Below, piece by piece: positions 43,701-52,500 of a stretch of 53,756 bases of DNA. A model generated the notes under the pieces. That model was not told the DNA's origin, did no database searches, and worked only from the letters and a program-made list of their open reading frames with translations. Numbering within the stretch: position 1 is the first letter of the stretch; each line of letters begins with the position of its first letter. This stretch comes from a virus, in the IMG/VR virus record IMGVR_UViG_3300018411_000004; one strand, given 5' to 3'. The position numbers and the translations under genes were made by a program.

Positions 43701-45158
43701 GGTGGCGGAATCATGGGGTTTGCTATAACCACTGCAAACACTGTAAAGAACATGGAATACGTTGCTAACGAGCTATCGTTCCAGATTAAGATCACAGCTG
43801 ACACCGTTACAGAGCAAGGAACAACGATTAATGAGACAAAGCTCGAAATGACAGCATTTCAGATCAGTTTATCAGCTTTAGAAACAAGAACTCTCGAAAC
43901 TGAGACGGCTATAGATGCTGCGGAATTGAAAATAACACCACAAGCAATAACTCAAACGGTTCGGTCTAGCGTTGATTATACAGCAGATCTGGCAAATAAA
44001 GCATCAACTGCTGATTTAGCTGGAAAAGCTAGCGCAACAGATCTCGGAGCATTAACATCAAGAGTTTCGACTGCCGAACAAAAGATCACATCAGATGCGA
44101 TTGTGTTAACTGTAACGCAGAGTTCGACATACACGAATGCTATGACCGGTAAGGTTAGCACTAACAATGTAATAAATTCGATTAATCTATCAACAGAAGG
44201 AATCAAAATCAGCGCTGATAAAATAACTATATCGGGCTTTGTAACCTTTACCGAAGCTCAAAATTTAGCTAATACGGCTGAGAGTAATGCGGAAAGCACG
44301 GCGGCAACACTGGCTTCAAATGCTCGAACTGGCGCAGTTGGCGATATAAATACTAAACTCGGAACAAAACAATCAACAACGTTTATTGATGGTGGCAATA
44401 TATCCACAGCCAACTTGACGTTTACTGGCGGGATTACTGGGAGTATGTTTGGTATAACGAGTTCGTTCAGCATAAGTACGGATGGAAATATAAACATACC
44501 AAGCTCTGGCGTATTGAATTTTGGTTCTACTAACAAGGGGACAATCACCAAGAATTCATCTGCAGCTTTATGGATTTCAAATCCTGGGGACATATACATA
44601 GCTCCATTTAGTGGCTATTATACCAGAATATATTCATTAAGCGCCGAAGATCAACCACGTAACATACCATTGACGTCAACGACTGCGGCTAATAAAATTA
44701 ATAAAATCCAATATATCCCGAATGGTAGTGAGCCAAACGATTATGTTCAATTTGAATTGGCGTCACCATCTTGGGGTCAGTCGTTGGTTGGCGTGAACCC
44801 GTGGCAAAGTGACAGAAATTTAAAAACTAATATCCAAGAATCAAAGATTGATGCTCTTGCTACTATTAGCAAAATAAGACCCAGGTCTTACAACTGGAAG
44901 CGAAGCGGAGAATATGAAGATTGTGGATTTATTGCACAGGAGATAGAGCAAGACCTTGGCGAAAAACATGTTATGAAGATAAAGCAAGATGACGGAAGTA
45001 TATCTTATCAGTTAAAGGAAAAAGGGTTCGTTCCGTTACTAACAAAAGCCATTCAAGAGTTGAACGCCAAACTAACCGCAACAACCATGAAACAAGCAAA
45101 CGAAATCGCAACACTCAAATATCAAATTAAAGAACTTAAAGGAGAAAAAACATGTTAG
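40737..45158 (+). CDS. Tail-associated (Tal-like) protein with 12 ChW repeats and a C-terminal S74 intramolecular-chaperone domain
   Basis: 1473 aa with a GTG start. Nine N-terminal ChW repeats, and three more inserted in the Tal N-terminal domain (Y.VHVQNIGWQ.W..DGE.AGT.G...R.EAI.I.L). C-terminal SDRNLKTNI...CGFIAQEIE. Confidence 0.8.
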   Translation: MKIGYKTHIQNRGWNLQVVDGTTSGTVGEGLRMEALILELLEKNGLDIAIEAQAHVQNVGWQPLKTDGEIIGTVGESLRLEAIRIRLKGLNSDKYSIKYRVHVENIGWQNWCKDGEVAGTTSVALRAEAIEIVLEKHKEDVVVVVPNTPTDDPTQKIIPITNPNIAIPPEKILCASYSTHVENYGWGKDVTDGRLSGKVGQGLRIEAIRIGLINYGNLNLGVAYSTHVENQGWLPEVVNNATSGTTDQGLRLEAIKIRLTGTDSDKYSIWYRVHVQNIGWQDWCRDGDVAGTTGYALQAEAIQIIITLKSQNILRNPGEAPLIAVNYRSHIQNLAWGSWVKNGAKSGTTGLGLRMEAFEANLTSLDGLNIGISYRVHIQNVGWQEWKSDGVTAGTVGQSLRIEAIEIVLTGADASKYTVQYRGHLENSGWTSWKKNGATLGTTGQELRLEAISIVLIKNVDLNTTITNEIKNKAPIIQIWASDFPKADVLLHDIRTEYELLSAKMVEGINKSTGFNFTIDPEHPHYKKLRKMSTTILVYEIYSNLKKERIFEGRITSDEEGWNKTRDVTCEGELGYLLDSIQRPATYVNVTPEQWMTMVLDNHNSQVTSDKRLHMGICTVLGDGSGVNISTVYRTHIENLSWLSWVQNGVYSGTTGSALRMEALELKLDKIGSLNIGVTYRVHLGDIGWQEWKSDGATAGTVSQGIRMEAIEIKLTGEDAGKFSIQYCVHVQNVGWQDWKKDGETAGTTGQALQAEAISIAIVSKVDGTNGKLVDGLFRENDYCNTLELIKTTMLDTLGGVLVIERIGGIKFLNYLENYGSVNSQPIMFGVNLLDYNKITDASGIYTALVPYGKEIDGKKLTIATVNNDCDYIYDELAVAEYGWIFKEWEWPDIDSPSALLYAAKLKLAGLIKQGISLDLTALDLSMVNVDIQKFQVGDMVRCVSQPHEFDTFLSVSKKERDLFEPGNDTTVLGGVTQSLTDRISGPLGGGIMGFAITTANTVKNMEYVANELSFQIKITADTVTEQGTTINETKLEMTAFQISLSALETRTLETETAIDAAELKITPQAITQTVRSSVDYTADLANKASTADLAGKASATDLGALTSRVSTAEQKITSDAIVLTVTQSSTYTNAMTGKVSTNNVINSINLSTEGIKISADKITISGFVTFTEAQNLANTAESNAESTAATLASNARTGAVGDINTKLGTKQSTTFIDGGNISTANLTFTGGITGSMFGITSSFSISTDGNINIPSSGVLNFGSTNKGTITKNSSAALWISNPGDIYIAPFSGYYTRIYSLSAEDQPRNIPLTSTTAANKINKIQYIPNGSEPNDYVQFELASPSWGQSLVGVNPWQSDRNLKTNIQESKIDALATISKIRPRSYNWKRSGEYEDCGFIAQEIEQDLGEKHVMKIKQDDGSISYQLKEKGFVPLLTKAIQELNAKLTATTMKQANEIATLKYQIKELKGEKTC

Positions 45159-45403
45159 AAGTAGTAAAAACAACAACCTTCACTGGATCGTCAAAAATTG
45201 GTGATACCGTATTAAAAATGTTTACAGCCACGATCAACACCGAAACACCTGAAGAAATGGGTTTAAACCACTGGGTTGTAAACTATCCACTGTATGGACC
45301 AAACAGAGCCGCGGTAGCTGCTGATGAAGTAGCGTTTGAAGACATGGCATATGCTTTTCAACAACAATTGATCGATGAAAAGAACGCGGTGACATCAGCA
45401 TGA
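45152..45403 (+). CDS. Hypothetical tail-module protein
   Basis: 83 aa, overlapping the upstream stop. Confidence 0.6.
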   Translation: MLEVVKTTTFTGSSKIGDTVLKMFTATINTETPEEMGLNHWVVNYPLYGPNRAAVAADEVAFEDMAYAFQQQLIDEKNAVTSA

Positions 45404-45735
45404 AACTAACAAACCAGGAAATAATCAACCATTTGAACTCTATTCCTGTATTAGCCGGGGTAGAGTTCCCTGTAAAGATTACATATGTCTTGAAGAAGAA
45501 TCATCGTAAACTCGTAACCGAATATAAGGATTACGAAGCACAACTTGATGAACTTCGAGAGAAATATCCGAAGCTGGATGAAGACGAAGACTTCAATATT
45601 GCTGTTAAAGAATTGTTAGCAATTGAAAACGAGATTGATATTTTCATGCTCGACGAATCTATATTCGAAACCGGCGATTTTAACGTAACTGCAACACAAC
45701 TCGAGATCCTGGAATTCATGATCGAAACAGAATAG
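45400..45735 (+). CDS. Hypothetical tail-module protein (acidic)
   Basis: 111 aa, ATGA overlap. Confidence 0.6.
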   Translation: MKLTNQEIINHLNSIPVLAGVEFPVKITYVLKKNHRKLVTEYKDYEAQLDELREKYPKLDEDEDFNIAVKELLAIENEIDIFMLDESIFETGDFNVTATQLEILEFMIETE

Positions 45736-45747
45736 GAGGTATTCAAC

Positions 45748-47790
45748 ATGGCCGATATTACAAACGCTATAAATGATTTTAAGACGGCGGCAAATGGCGA
45801 AGCTGTTAGAGACAGTTTCGTCGCCACCATCAACCTAGTGAATGATGATAACGTAAACATCATTGGAAAACTTAACACCCTCGAACCAAAACTTGATAAC
45901 TTAGACGAAAGTGTTTCTAGCGCTCAAACGAGCGCTAATAATGCTGCTGGTTCTGCGACAATCGCTACCACACAAGCTGGGATATCCACCACGAAAGCTT
46001 CTGAATCTTCCGCCAGTGCGGCGGCATCACAAACAGCTAAGAATGATTCGGTTACGGCAAAGAACGCTTCTCAACTAGCTGAAACAAATGCTAAAGCTTC
46101 TGAAAATGCTGCAAAGTTATCCGAAACTAATTCCAAAGCTTCTGAAAATGCTGCAAAGTTATCCGAAACTAATTCCAAAGCGTCGGAGACAAATTCTGTC
46201 ATAAAAGCTGCGGAGGCTCTGGCTTCTAAAACCGCCGCAGAAACAGCTAAAACACAAACTCTAGAATATAAAGACGCCGTCTTAGCAGCGGTTGGCGGAT
46301 CAACTAACTTAGCAGAAATTATTGAAGCTCGGAAAACAAAAGCAACACTAGGAGAAAAGATTTCCGATATTGATTCGCAATTGGCAGATATTCGGGACAG
46401 GGATAAAACGGTAAAAGAATTTGGAGTCCGTATATACGATGGTCAATCCTCAGGAACTTTAGAGCGAATCCTCGACAGCATCGGTATGGTTGCAAATGCA
46501 GCGGTAGGCACTGGAAGTGTCGTCAACGATTTTGACACTGCAATTGGTTGGCCACGCAGACGGACTGTGAACGGTTATTATGACGAGACTGCTAAGAAAA
46601 TGATTGTTACAGCAAGTAAAGGTGAACCGGGATTTAAGACGGACGGTACAAATGGTAATGTTTGGGTTGAGACTGAAAAGTTCTACGTAAAACGAGTGGT
46701 TGGGGCTGGATATGTTGACGAAAGTATTTGTAAGGAGCAACTACCTGGATATACGTTATTTGATAAATTCAGAGGGTTAGACGGTGAAGAATTAGATTTT
46801 GGATATTCCGGTGCCTATGAAGTCGGAACGGATGGTAGCGGTAATCCTATTTCATGGTCAGGCGTAAATCCAACCAATATTTCTCACGATTCAGGATTAA
46901 CTTTAGCAAGAAAACTCGGTACTCGCTACCACATGGACGACACGACCGATATTGAACTCGTCCGTTTAATGATGATGATCGAATTTGCGACGCTTAATTC
47001 TCAAACCGCAATTGGTCAAGGAGTTTGTAGCCTTAATTACAGTAATGCAAGCTCAGTTGCCACCATAGCAGAAACATCCGTCAATCGTGTAATCCTTGCG
47101 AACGCTCAAGCTAATTTATTTGTAGTCGGTCAAACGATCATAATCGGAACTACGAACAATAATACAAATGTTGCAAACAACCGAAAAGTGTTATCGATCG
47201 ACGTTTATGATGCGAGCAACAAAGCATTAACTTTCGATGGAGCAGCTGTAAACATCGCTGTCGGCAACTTCGTAGGCTCTCGAATAACTCGTACAGGCGA
47301 AACGGACACGATAACTGCAAGCTCTGGAACATTAGTAAACGATGGTAAACACGCAGTAATATATCGTGGTACTGAAAATCCTTTTGGAAATGGCTGGAAG
47401 GTTGCATCTGATGTTGTCTTTAAAAATGAAGATTCTATAATGTATATATGCAGAGATCCACGAAAAAGAGTCGTTGGAATGTCGGCCTTAACAGCTGATT
47501 ATAAACCGATTGGATACACTTTAGCAACATCCGAAGGATATGTAACAGCTTTAGGCTACGATCCTAACTACCCAAGCGCAAGATTTGCAACCGCAGTTGG
47601 AGGATCTTCAAGTACATACTTTGGAGATTATTTCTACCGCAACACAGTCGCAACTATCGGATTAAGAGAAGTTTTAAACGGCGGTTATTTCAATGATGGC
47701 GCGGGCGATGGCTGTTCTTATTGGCTCTTGTTCCACGCTCTGTCGTCGTCGTACTTCACTCTTGCCGGTCGGCTTTCTGTGACTGGATAA
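45748..47790 (+). CDS. Tail fibre / receptor-binding protein, the DGR target (C-terminal variable region)
   Basis: 680 aa. The N-terminus is a Ser/Ala/Asn-rich coiled region with a 42-bp tandem repeat. The C-terminal 34 codons match the downstream template repeat except at template adenines. Confidence 0.85.
   Translation: MADITNAINDFKTAANGEAVRDSFVATINLVNDDNVNIIGKLNTLEPKLDNLDESVSSAQTSANNAAGSATIATTQAGISTTKASESSASAAASQTAKNDSVTAKNASQLAETNAKASENAAKLSETNSKASENAAKLSETNSKASETNSVIKAAEALASKTAAETAKTQTLEYKDAVLAAVGGSTNLAEIIEARKTKATLGEKISDIDSQLADIRDRDKTVKEFGVRIYDGQSSGTLERILDSIGMVANAAVGTGSVVNDFDTAIGWPRRRTVNGYYDETAKKMIVTASKGEPGFKTDGTNGNVWVETEKFYVKRVVGAGYVDESICKEQLPGYTLFDKFRGLDGEELDFGYSGAYEVGTDGSGNPISWSGVNPTNISHDSGLTLARKLGTRYHMDDTTDIELVRLMMMIEFATLNSQTAIGQGVCSLNYSNASSVATIAETSVNRVILANAQANLFVVGQTIIIGTTNNNTNVANNRKVLSIDVYDASNKALTFDGAAVNIAVGNFVGSRITRTGETDTITASSGTLVNDGKHAVIYRGTENPFGNGWKVASDVVFKNEDSIMYICRDPRKRVVGMSALTADYKPIGYTLATSEGYVTALGYDPNYPSARFATAVGGSSSTYFGDYFYRNTVATIGLREVLNGGYFNDGAGDGCSYWLLFHALSSSYFTLAGRLSVTG
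46096..46179 (+). repeat. Perfect 42-bp tandem repeat x2 (ASENAAKLSETNSK)
   Basis: gcttctgaaaatgctgcaaagttatccgaaactaattccaaa at 46096-46137 and 46138-46179. Confidence 0.9.
47678..47778 (+). repeat. DGR variable region (VR)
   Basis: 101 bp aligned by hand to 47824-47924. There are 21 differences, and 20 of them fall at template adenines. Confidence 0.85.
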
Positions 47791-47823
47791 ACTTCAACAA
47801 AATATTTTAGGGACTCGAAGTCT

Positions 47824-47924
47824 ACGGCGGTAATTTCAATGATGGCACGAACGATGGATGTTCTAATTGGAACTTGAACAACGCTCTGTCGAATTCGAAC
47901 TTCACTATTGCCGGTCAGAATTCT
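47824..47924 (+). repeat. DGR template region (TR)
   Basis: Non-coding copy. In the VR frame it reads NGGNFNDGTNDGCSNWNLNNALSNSNFTIAGQNS, rich in AAY codons. Confidence 0.85.
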
Positions 47925-48038
47925 TTTAAAATGCAACACGACTTCGAGAGTCCTTACCTCTAGGTAAAAATTAAGCGATAAAACGGGGCTAGTAATGAGA
48001 GTGAAACTCCTGTAGCTGAAAGAAAGGTAACAACGTTA

Positions 48039-49130
48039 TTGAAACGATATCATATAGACACTATATTAGAACTTGACAAAATAGAGGAGGCTATCATAGT
48101 GGCCTCAAAGCACAAAAGACACAGAGCATCAGTTCAGAGAGTATTAGATAATAAAGAGATGTACGCTAGAAGAATAAGACATTTATTAATATTTGAACTC
48201 TTTGAACCGACTTTGAGACCTCCATTTAAAATAATAGATGGAGTATCCAGAAAAGAACGTATGATAGATTCTGCGCCATTCTATCCGGATCAAATAATAC
48301 ATACATTATTAGTTGCGGCGTTTAAACCGTATTTCATGAAAGGTATGTATGAATTTTGCAGTGCATGTGTACCAGGACGAGGAGTACATTATGGTAAAAA
48401 ATACGTAGAGCGATGGTTGAAAAATGATTTAAAGAATACCCGATATTTCTTAAAACTTGATATCAGGAAGTATTACCCAAGTTTAAAACCTAAGGTGGTA
48501 TGGTCTTTGTTGTGTAGAAAATTTAAGGATTCTAAGGCTATGAGAGTTTTGAAAAAGATAGTCTTCGCCTATCCAGGATTACCAATAGGTCTTTTAACCA
48601 GTCAATGGTTAGCCAATTTTTGTCTCCAAGGTCTCGATCACTATATAAAAGAGGTTCTTCATATACCGTATTACATTCGATATCTAGATGATATGGTGTT
48701 ATTTTCGGATGACAAAAAACTTCTACATAAAGCAAGACTTAAAATAAAATGCTACCTATCAAAACTAGGACTAGCCTTGAAGAGTAACTGGCAGGTAAAT
48801 AAGTTCGATTACGATTATGGTACAGCTCGTAGAAAAGGTCAAGATTTAGATTTCATGGGGTTTAGATTTTTTAGAGATAAAACAATAATAAGAAAAGCTA
48901 TAAGTTTACGTATCAGAAGACGCGTGAAAAAGGTTTCTAAAACAACCAACCCTCGTATGAAAGACGTTAAGGCGGTGTTATCTTATTTGGGATGGGTAAA
49001 ACATACGGATAGTTATATATTTTATAACGAAACGTTTGGGAAGTATTTAAGTATTAATAAATTAAGAAAGATGGTGAGTGTTCATGACAGGAAAAAGCAA
49101 TCTACGACCTCCGAAGTTCAGTATTGTTGA
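48039..49130 (+). CDS. DGR reverse transcriptase
   Basis: 363 aa with a TTG start. YIRYLDDMVLF (YxDD) and the DGR-typical LPIGLLTSQ (IGxxxSQ). Confidence 0.85.
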   Translation: MKRYHIDTILELDKIEEAIIVASKHKRHRASVQRVLDNKEMYARRIRHLLIFELFEPTLRPPFKIIDGVSRKERMIDSAPFYPDQIIHTLLVAAFKPYFMKGMYEFCSACVPGRGVHYGKKYVERWLKNDLKNTRYFLKLDIRKYYPSLKPKVVWSLLCRKFKDSKAMRVLKKIVFAYPGLPIGLLTSQWLANFCLQGLDHYIKEVLHIPYYIRYLDDMVLFSDDKKLLHKARLKIKCYLSKLGLALKSNWQVNKFDYDYGTARRKGQDLDFMGFRFFRDKTIIRKAISLRIRRRVKKVSKTTNPRMKDVKAVLSYLGWVKHTDSYIFYNETFGKYLSINKLRKMVSVHDRKKQSTTSEVQYC

Positions 49131-49401
49131 GTTAGCAAACGGTATGTCAGAAATCATGCTTTATGAAAACGTGATTGAAAAAGAAACCATTGATCCAGAT
49201 GGTGATACACAACCAGTATTTGAATACGATCAGTACGAATTGCATGTAGCATCGAGATCTGGATTGCAACAAGATGTAGATTTGGATTTTGATCAATGGT
49301 TATTATTTGCAAAAGGTCAAACATCAAAACCCTTAAGCGATAAAGAAAAACTGGCGGTTCTAGATCAAGTCGTTACCGAACTTATACTTGGAGGTGTCTG
49401 A
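49084..49401 (+). CDS. Hypothetical acidic protein
   Basis: About 105 aa. The start is uncertain (GTG 49078 or ATG 49084). Confidence 0.5.
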   Translation: MTGKSNLRPPKFSIVELANGMSEIMLYENVIEKETIDPDGDTQPVFEYDQYELHVASRSGLQQDVDLDFDQWLLFAKGQTSKPLSDKEKLAVLDQVVTELILGGV

Positions 49402-49403
49402 TA

Positions 49404-49544
49404 ATGATTGTAAAATTTTTAAGCGAAAAAATCATTAACCACGAATTAACATATGAATACGTGGTTGGCAAACGCCCAGACTTAAAAGAGTCTATAGATT
49501 CGTATTTAACGAACAAAGGCTTTTCAAATATGATTCAAAACTAA
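49404..49544 (+). CDS. Small protein (46 aa), XkdX-like by size and position
   Basis: Below the ORF-track cutoff. MIVKFLSEKIINHELTYEYVVGKRPDLKESIDSYLTNKGFSNMIQN. Lies upstream of holin and lysin. Confidence 0.4.
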   Translation: MIVKFLSEKIINHELTYEYVVGKRPDLKESIDSYLTNKGFSNMIQN

Positions 49545-49579
49545 ACACCAAAAAACTTTAGACATCAAGGGGGTATTAC

Positions 49580-49996
49580 TTGGACCAATATCAGATAATT
49601 GTAGGTGTAGCGGCTGGAGCACTGACGCTCTTCGCTTTTGGTGGTAAAATATGGGGGGTTGTTTGTAAAGGTTTTGCGTGGGTTTTTCTAAGACCGCATA
49701 TAGCCATACGGACGACCATAGACGAGAGGTGTATCCAATTGAGCGAACGAATAGAGCAAGTTAGCACCAGACAAGAGACTAAAATTCTTGAGATGAACGC
49801 TATGAGCGCTGGTTTGTTGGCCATATTACACGATGTAGTGTTTCAGAGATGTATGCATTTTATTGAAAAAGAGTCAATATCTTGTGACGAACTAGAAAAC
49901 CTTGAGTATCTTTACAGAGGATATTCGGGTTTGGGTGGTAATGGTACGTGTGAAACTCTTATGCTTAAAGTAAGGACTTTAGATATAACAAATTAA
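49580..49996 (+). CDS. Membrane protein (N-terminal TM) in the lysis module
   Basis: 138 aa with a TTG start after aaggggg. Confidence 0.5.
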   Translation: MDQYQIIVGVAAGALTLFAFGGKIWGVVCKGFAWVFLRPHIAIRTTIDERCIQLSERIEQVSTRQETKILEMNAMSAGLLAILHDVVFQRCMHFIEKESISCDELENLEYLYRGYSGLGGNGTCETLMLKVRTLDITN

Positions 49997-50010
49997 AAGG
50001 AGAAATCAAA

Positions 50011-50217
50011 ATGAGTGAAAAAACTAAAACATGGTTAAAAGCAGCTGGTGTCAGAGCAGTTAAAACAGTAGCACAAACAGCTATTGCTACAATCGGTACC
50101 ACGGCAGTATTAACTGGAGTTGACTGGGCTATTGTGGCTTCGTCTGCAGCCGTTGCTGGTATCGTATCCTTATTAACATCTTTGGCTGGCCTACCAGAAG
50201 TTAAAGAGGTCGAATAA
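50011..50217 (+). CDS. Holin
   Basis: 68 aa with two TM segments (VRAVKTVAQTAIATIG...IVASSAAVAGIVSLLTSLAGLPE). Immediately upstream of the endolysin. Confidence 0.7.
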   Translation: MSEKTKTWLKAAGVRAVKTVAQTAIATIGTTAVLTGVDWAIVASSAAVAGIVSLLTSLAGLPEVKEVE

Positions 50218-51197
50218 TGCGATACAAAGTACATATTCAAAATAAAGGATGGACGACATTTTTTGAAGAAGGTCGCTTCGCAGGTACAGTAGGGGAATCC
50301 TTACGTATCGAGGCTATTGTTATCGAAGGTGTCGACAAGTACCGAGTCCATATTCAAGACAAAGGTTGGAGCGAATGGGTAAAGGCTGGAGAAATCGCTG
50401 GAACCGTTGGTGAAGGAAAACGTATTGAAGCTATTGAAATAAAGGGTACAAACGTCAACTATCGAGTCCACGTTCAAAATGAAGGTTGGTTAGACTGGGC
50501 TAGAGATGGTGAAATGGCTGGAACGGAGGGTGGAGGATTGCGAGTAGAAGCTATTCAAATCCTAACCTCAAAAGATCCACTAGCGGTTGATAATAAAGAA
50601 GCAAGTATCAAAATCGCACCCAAACCAATTCCTGTGCCAGATCCAAAACCAGTAACCCCATCGCAAAAACCAAAGTCTGGTAAAGTATATTTGGCAGTTG
50701 GTCACGGGGTCAGTTCAAATGGCGCTTGGGATAGTGGATGTGTCGATGGTAATCTTACAGAGGCTGATCTGATGTTAGCTATTGGTAAGGTTGCAGTTGC
50801 CCATTTACGTAACATGGGCTTTACAGTGCTTTCAGACGCTGATACAAATAATGACAAGAACATTGCTGCATGTGTCGCTGAAGCAAATGCTTGGGGTGCC
50901 GATGTATATGTCTCGTTGCATTGCGACTATAACCTAGCTCCATCCGGATTATTACCAATCATATATCCAGGCAGTAACGATGGTATGAATCTTGCGAACA
51001 GTCTTATCGCTGCTGTAAACGCGGCTAATGGTCTTAAAGTACGCGGAATCATCCAAAGAGATGACTGGGAAGTATCCGATACAAATATGACAGCATGTAT
51101 TTTCGAGACTGGAAGTATTCGATATGATATTGGTAAGCTTTTGGACGCGGAGACATACGGAAAAGCTGTAGCACAGGGTATTTACAACGCAATGTAG
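50217..51197 (+). CDS. Endolysin: 3 ChW repeats plus an N-acetylmuramoyl-L-alanine amidase (Amidase_3-like)
   Basis: 326 aa. RYKVHIQNKGW.. three times, a Pro-rich linker, then LAVGHG...DVYVSLHCDY. Confidence 0.8.
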   Translation: MRYKVHIQNKGWTTFFEEGRFAGTVGESLRIEAIVIEGVDKYRVHIQDKGWSEWVKAGEIAGTVGEGKRIEAIEIKGTNVNYRVHVQNEGWLDWARDGEMAGTEGGGLRVEAIQILTSKDPLAVDNKEASIKIAPKPIPVPDPKPVTPSQKPKSGKVYLAVGHGVSSNGAWDSGCVDGNLTEADLMLAIGKVAVAHLRNMGFTVLSDADTNNDKNIAACVAEANAWGADVYVSLHCDYNLAPSGLLPIIYPGSNDGMNLANSLIAAVNAANGLKVRGIIQRDDWEVSDTNMTACIFETGSIRYDIGKLLDAETYGKAVAQGIYNAM

Positions 51198-51395
51198 CCT
51201 AAATAAGGCTCAAAATTGGTCAAAAACAGGTCATTTCTTATATAACGCTCATATCCGTGATTTAACAGACTTTAAGGGTTTTAACATATTAAGTGACCTG
51301 TAATTTATTTAAACGCTTCTATGGGGCTCTGAGAGGCTATGTTTTTTTTCGGAAGTCCTGTAAAAATGACGTAAAACGAAAAGTGGAGGTACGTA

Positions 51396-51611
51396 ATGGT
51401 AAATATGGCGGTAATGTTTGTTCTATCGTTTGTAAGCGTTCAAATAGGTTATTGGTTCTGCTATTTAATGAGACCAAAGACGGTTGGTAACATCCTTATA
51501 AACGATACTGAAGGTTTTGATGGTCCGTTTTTATTACTCGAATTAGATGGTAGCGTTAAGGACTTAACTACCAATGCTAAAGTTTGCGTACGAATCGTTA
51601 AACAATCCTAA
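51396..51611 (+). CDS. Small early protein with an N-terminal TM segment
   Basis: 71 aa, RBS aagtggaggtacgtaatg. Confidence 0.65.
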   Translation: MVNMAVMFVLSFVSVQIGYWFCYLMRPKTVGNILINDTEGFDGPFLLLELDGSVKDLTTNAKVCVRIVKQS

Positions 51612-51639
51612 CGCGAATAAAACATATCATTATATGAAG
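51611..51639 (+). promoter_or_regulatory. Early promoter-like box
   Basis: acgcgaa at 51611 and ttatatgaag at 51630. Confidence 0.55.
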
Positions 51640-51663
51640 TAATAAAATAGGAGGATTAAAACT

Positions 51664-52083
51664 ATGAATGACAGAATTGAAGAATTGTTGGACGAGGTTA
51701 TTGAATCTGAATTGGAGAAAATGAAAGACTCTTTGGAGAGTCCGGAAGAAAAGAAAGTAACGGTTGATTATTTGGTAAAACTGAATAACATACAAACCGA
51801 ACGTAAGGAAGTTAAACGTAAAGAAACTGAACTTGAATTAAAGCATTTAGAGTTAGAGGACAAAATAGAAGTCCAATCTGACGATAAAGCGTATAAGGAA
51901 GTTTTAGTGAAGCGTGAAATGTTACAGACGTTCGTAAAGGGTGGAATTGAAGTTTTCGGAGTAGTCGCACCAATTATGTTCTATTCGGCATGGATGAAGC
52001 GAGGTCTGAGATTTGAAGAGACAGGTACATATACGTCACAGACGTTCAAAGGTTTGTTTGGTAAATTTAAACCAACTAAGTAA
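51664..52083 (+). CDS. Early protein (coiled-coil plus a C-terminal hydrophobic segment)
   Basis: 139 aa, RBS taggagg. Confidence 0.7.
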   Translation: MNDRIEELLDEVIESELEKMKDSLESPEEKKVTVDYLVKLNNIQTERKEVKRKETELELKHLELEDKIEVQSDDKAYKEVLVKREMLQTFVKGGIEVFGVVAPIMFYSAWMKRGLRFEETGTYTSQTFKGLFGKFKPTK

Positions 52084-52096
52084 TACTGATAGGATT

Positions 52097-52124
52097 GAGA
52101 GTTAAAACACTCTCTTTTCTTTTT
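52097..52124 (+). terminator. Intrinsic terminator (cassette type)
   Basis: gagagt-taaaac-actctc hairpin followed by ttttcttttt. Confidence 0.65.
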
Positions 52125-52136
52125 GGAGATTTACAT

Positions 52137-52165
52137 ACGCGAAAAAAACATTGACTTATATGAAG
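52137..52165 (+). promoter_or_regulatory. Early promoter-like box
   Basis: acgcgaa at 52137 and ttatatgaag at 52156. Confidence 0.55.
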
Positions 52166-52195
52166 AATAAAAATATAATACGTGGAGGTATTAAA

Positions 52196-52435
52196 ATGGA
52201 AAGTATTTTGAGAACAAAGATTGAAGAATTGGAAGAGTTATTAACGGTTGAGATTATCAACACCGCTGGAGGAATATCCGACGACGAGATAGAAGCGCTG
52301 ATTAATTTAAAACAAACAATTCGACGATCTTTGAAAATAACTGCTGGACGTGAAGAACTTCGAGATGTTAAAAAGATATTCGAACTGAATAAGAGACTTA
52401 AAGAATTGGATAAGCCGTTAAACTTTAAAAAGTAA
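52196..52435 (+). CDS. Small early protein
   Basis: 79 aa. Start after acgtggaggtattaaa. Confidence 0.65.
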   Translation: MESILRTKIEELEELLTVEIINTAGGISDDEIEALINLKQTIRRSLKITAGREELRDVKKIFELNKRLKELDKPLNFKK

Positions 52436-52445
52436 TGGTTGATTT

Positions 52446-52471
52446 GAGGGCGTAAGCTCTCTTTTCTTTTT
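52446..52471 (+). terminator. Intrinsic terminator (cassette type)
   Basis: gagggc-gtaa-gctctc hairpin followed by ttttcttttt. Confidence 0.55.
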
Positions 52472-52500
52472 GCGCGAATTTAACATACCCTTATATGAAG
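52472..52500 (+). promoter_or_regulatory. Early promoter-like box (GCGCGAA variant)
   Basis: gcgcgaa at 52472 and ttatatgaag at 52491. Confidence 0.5.

Noticed and set aside
45400-45735. Avd (DGR accessory variability determinant) candidate
   Set aside because: The protein is strongly acidic and lies upstream of the target gene, whereas Avd proteins are small and basic. No better candidate was seen, so Avd is reported as apparently absent.
51293-51490. 65-aa + strand ORF overlapping the start of the first early gene
   Set aside because: It starts at GTG with no SD and overlaps the well-supported ORF 51396..51611 in another frame.
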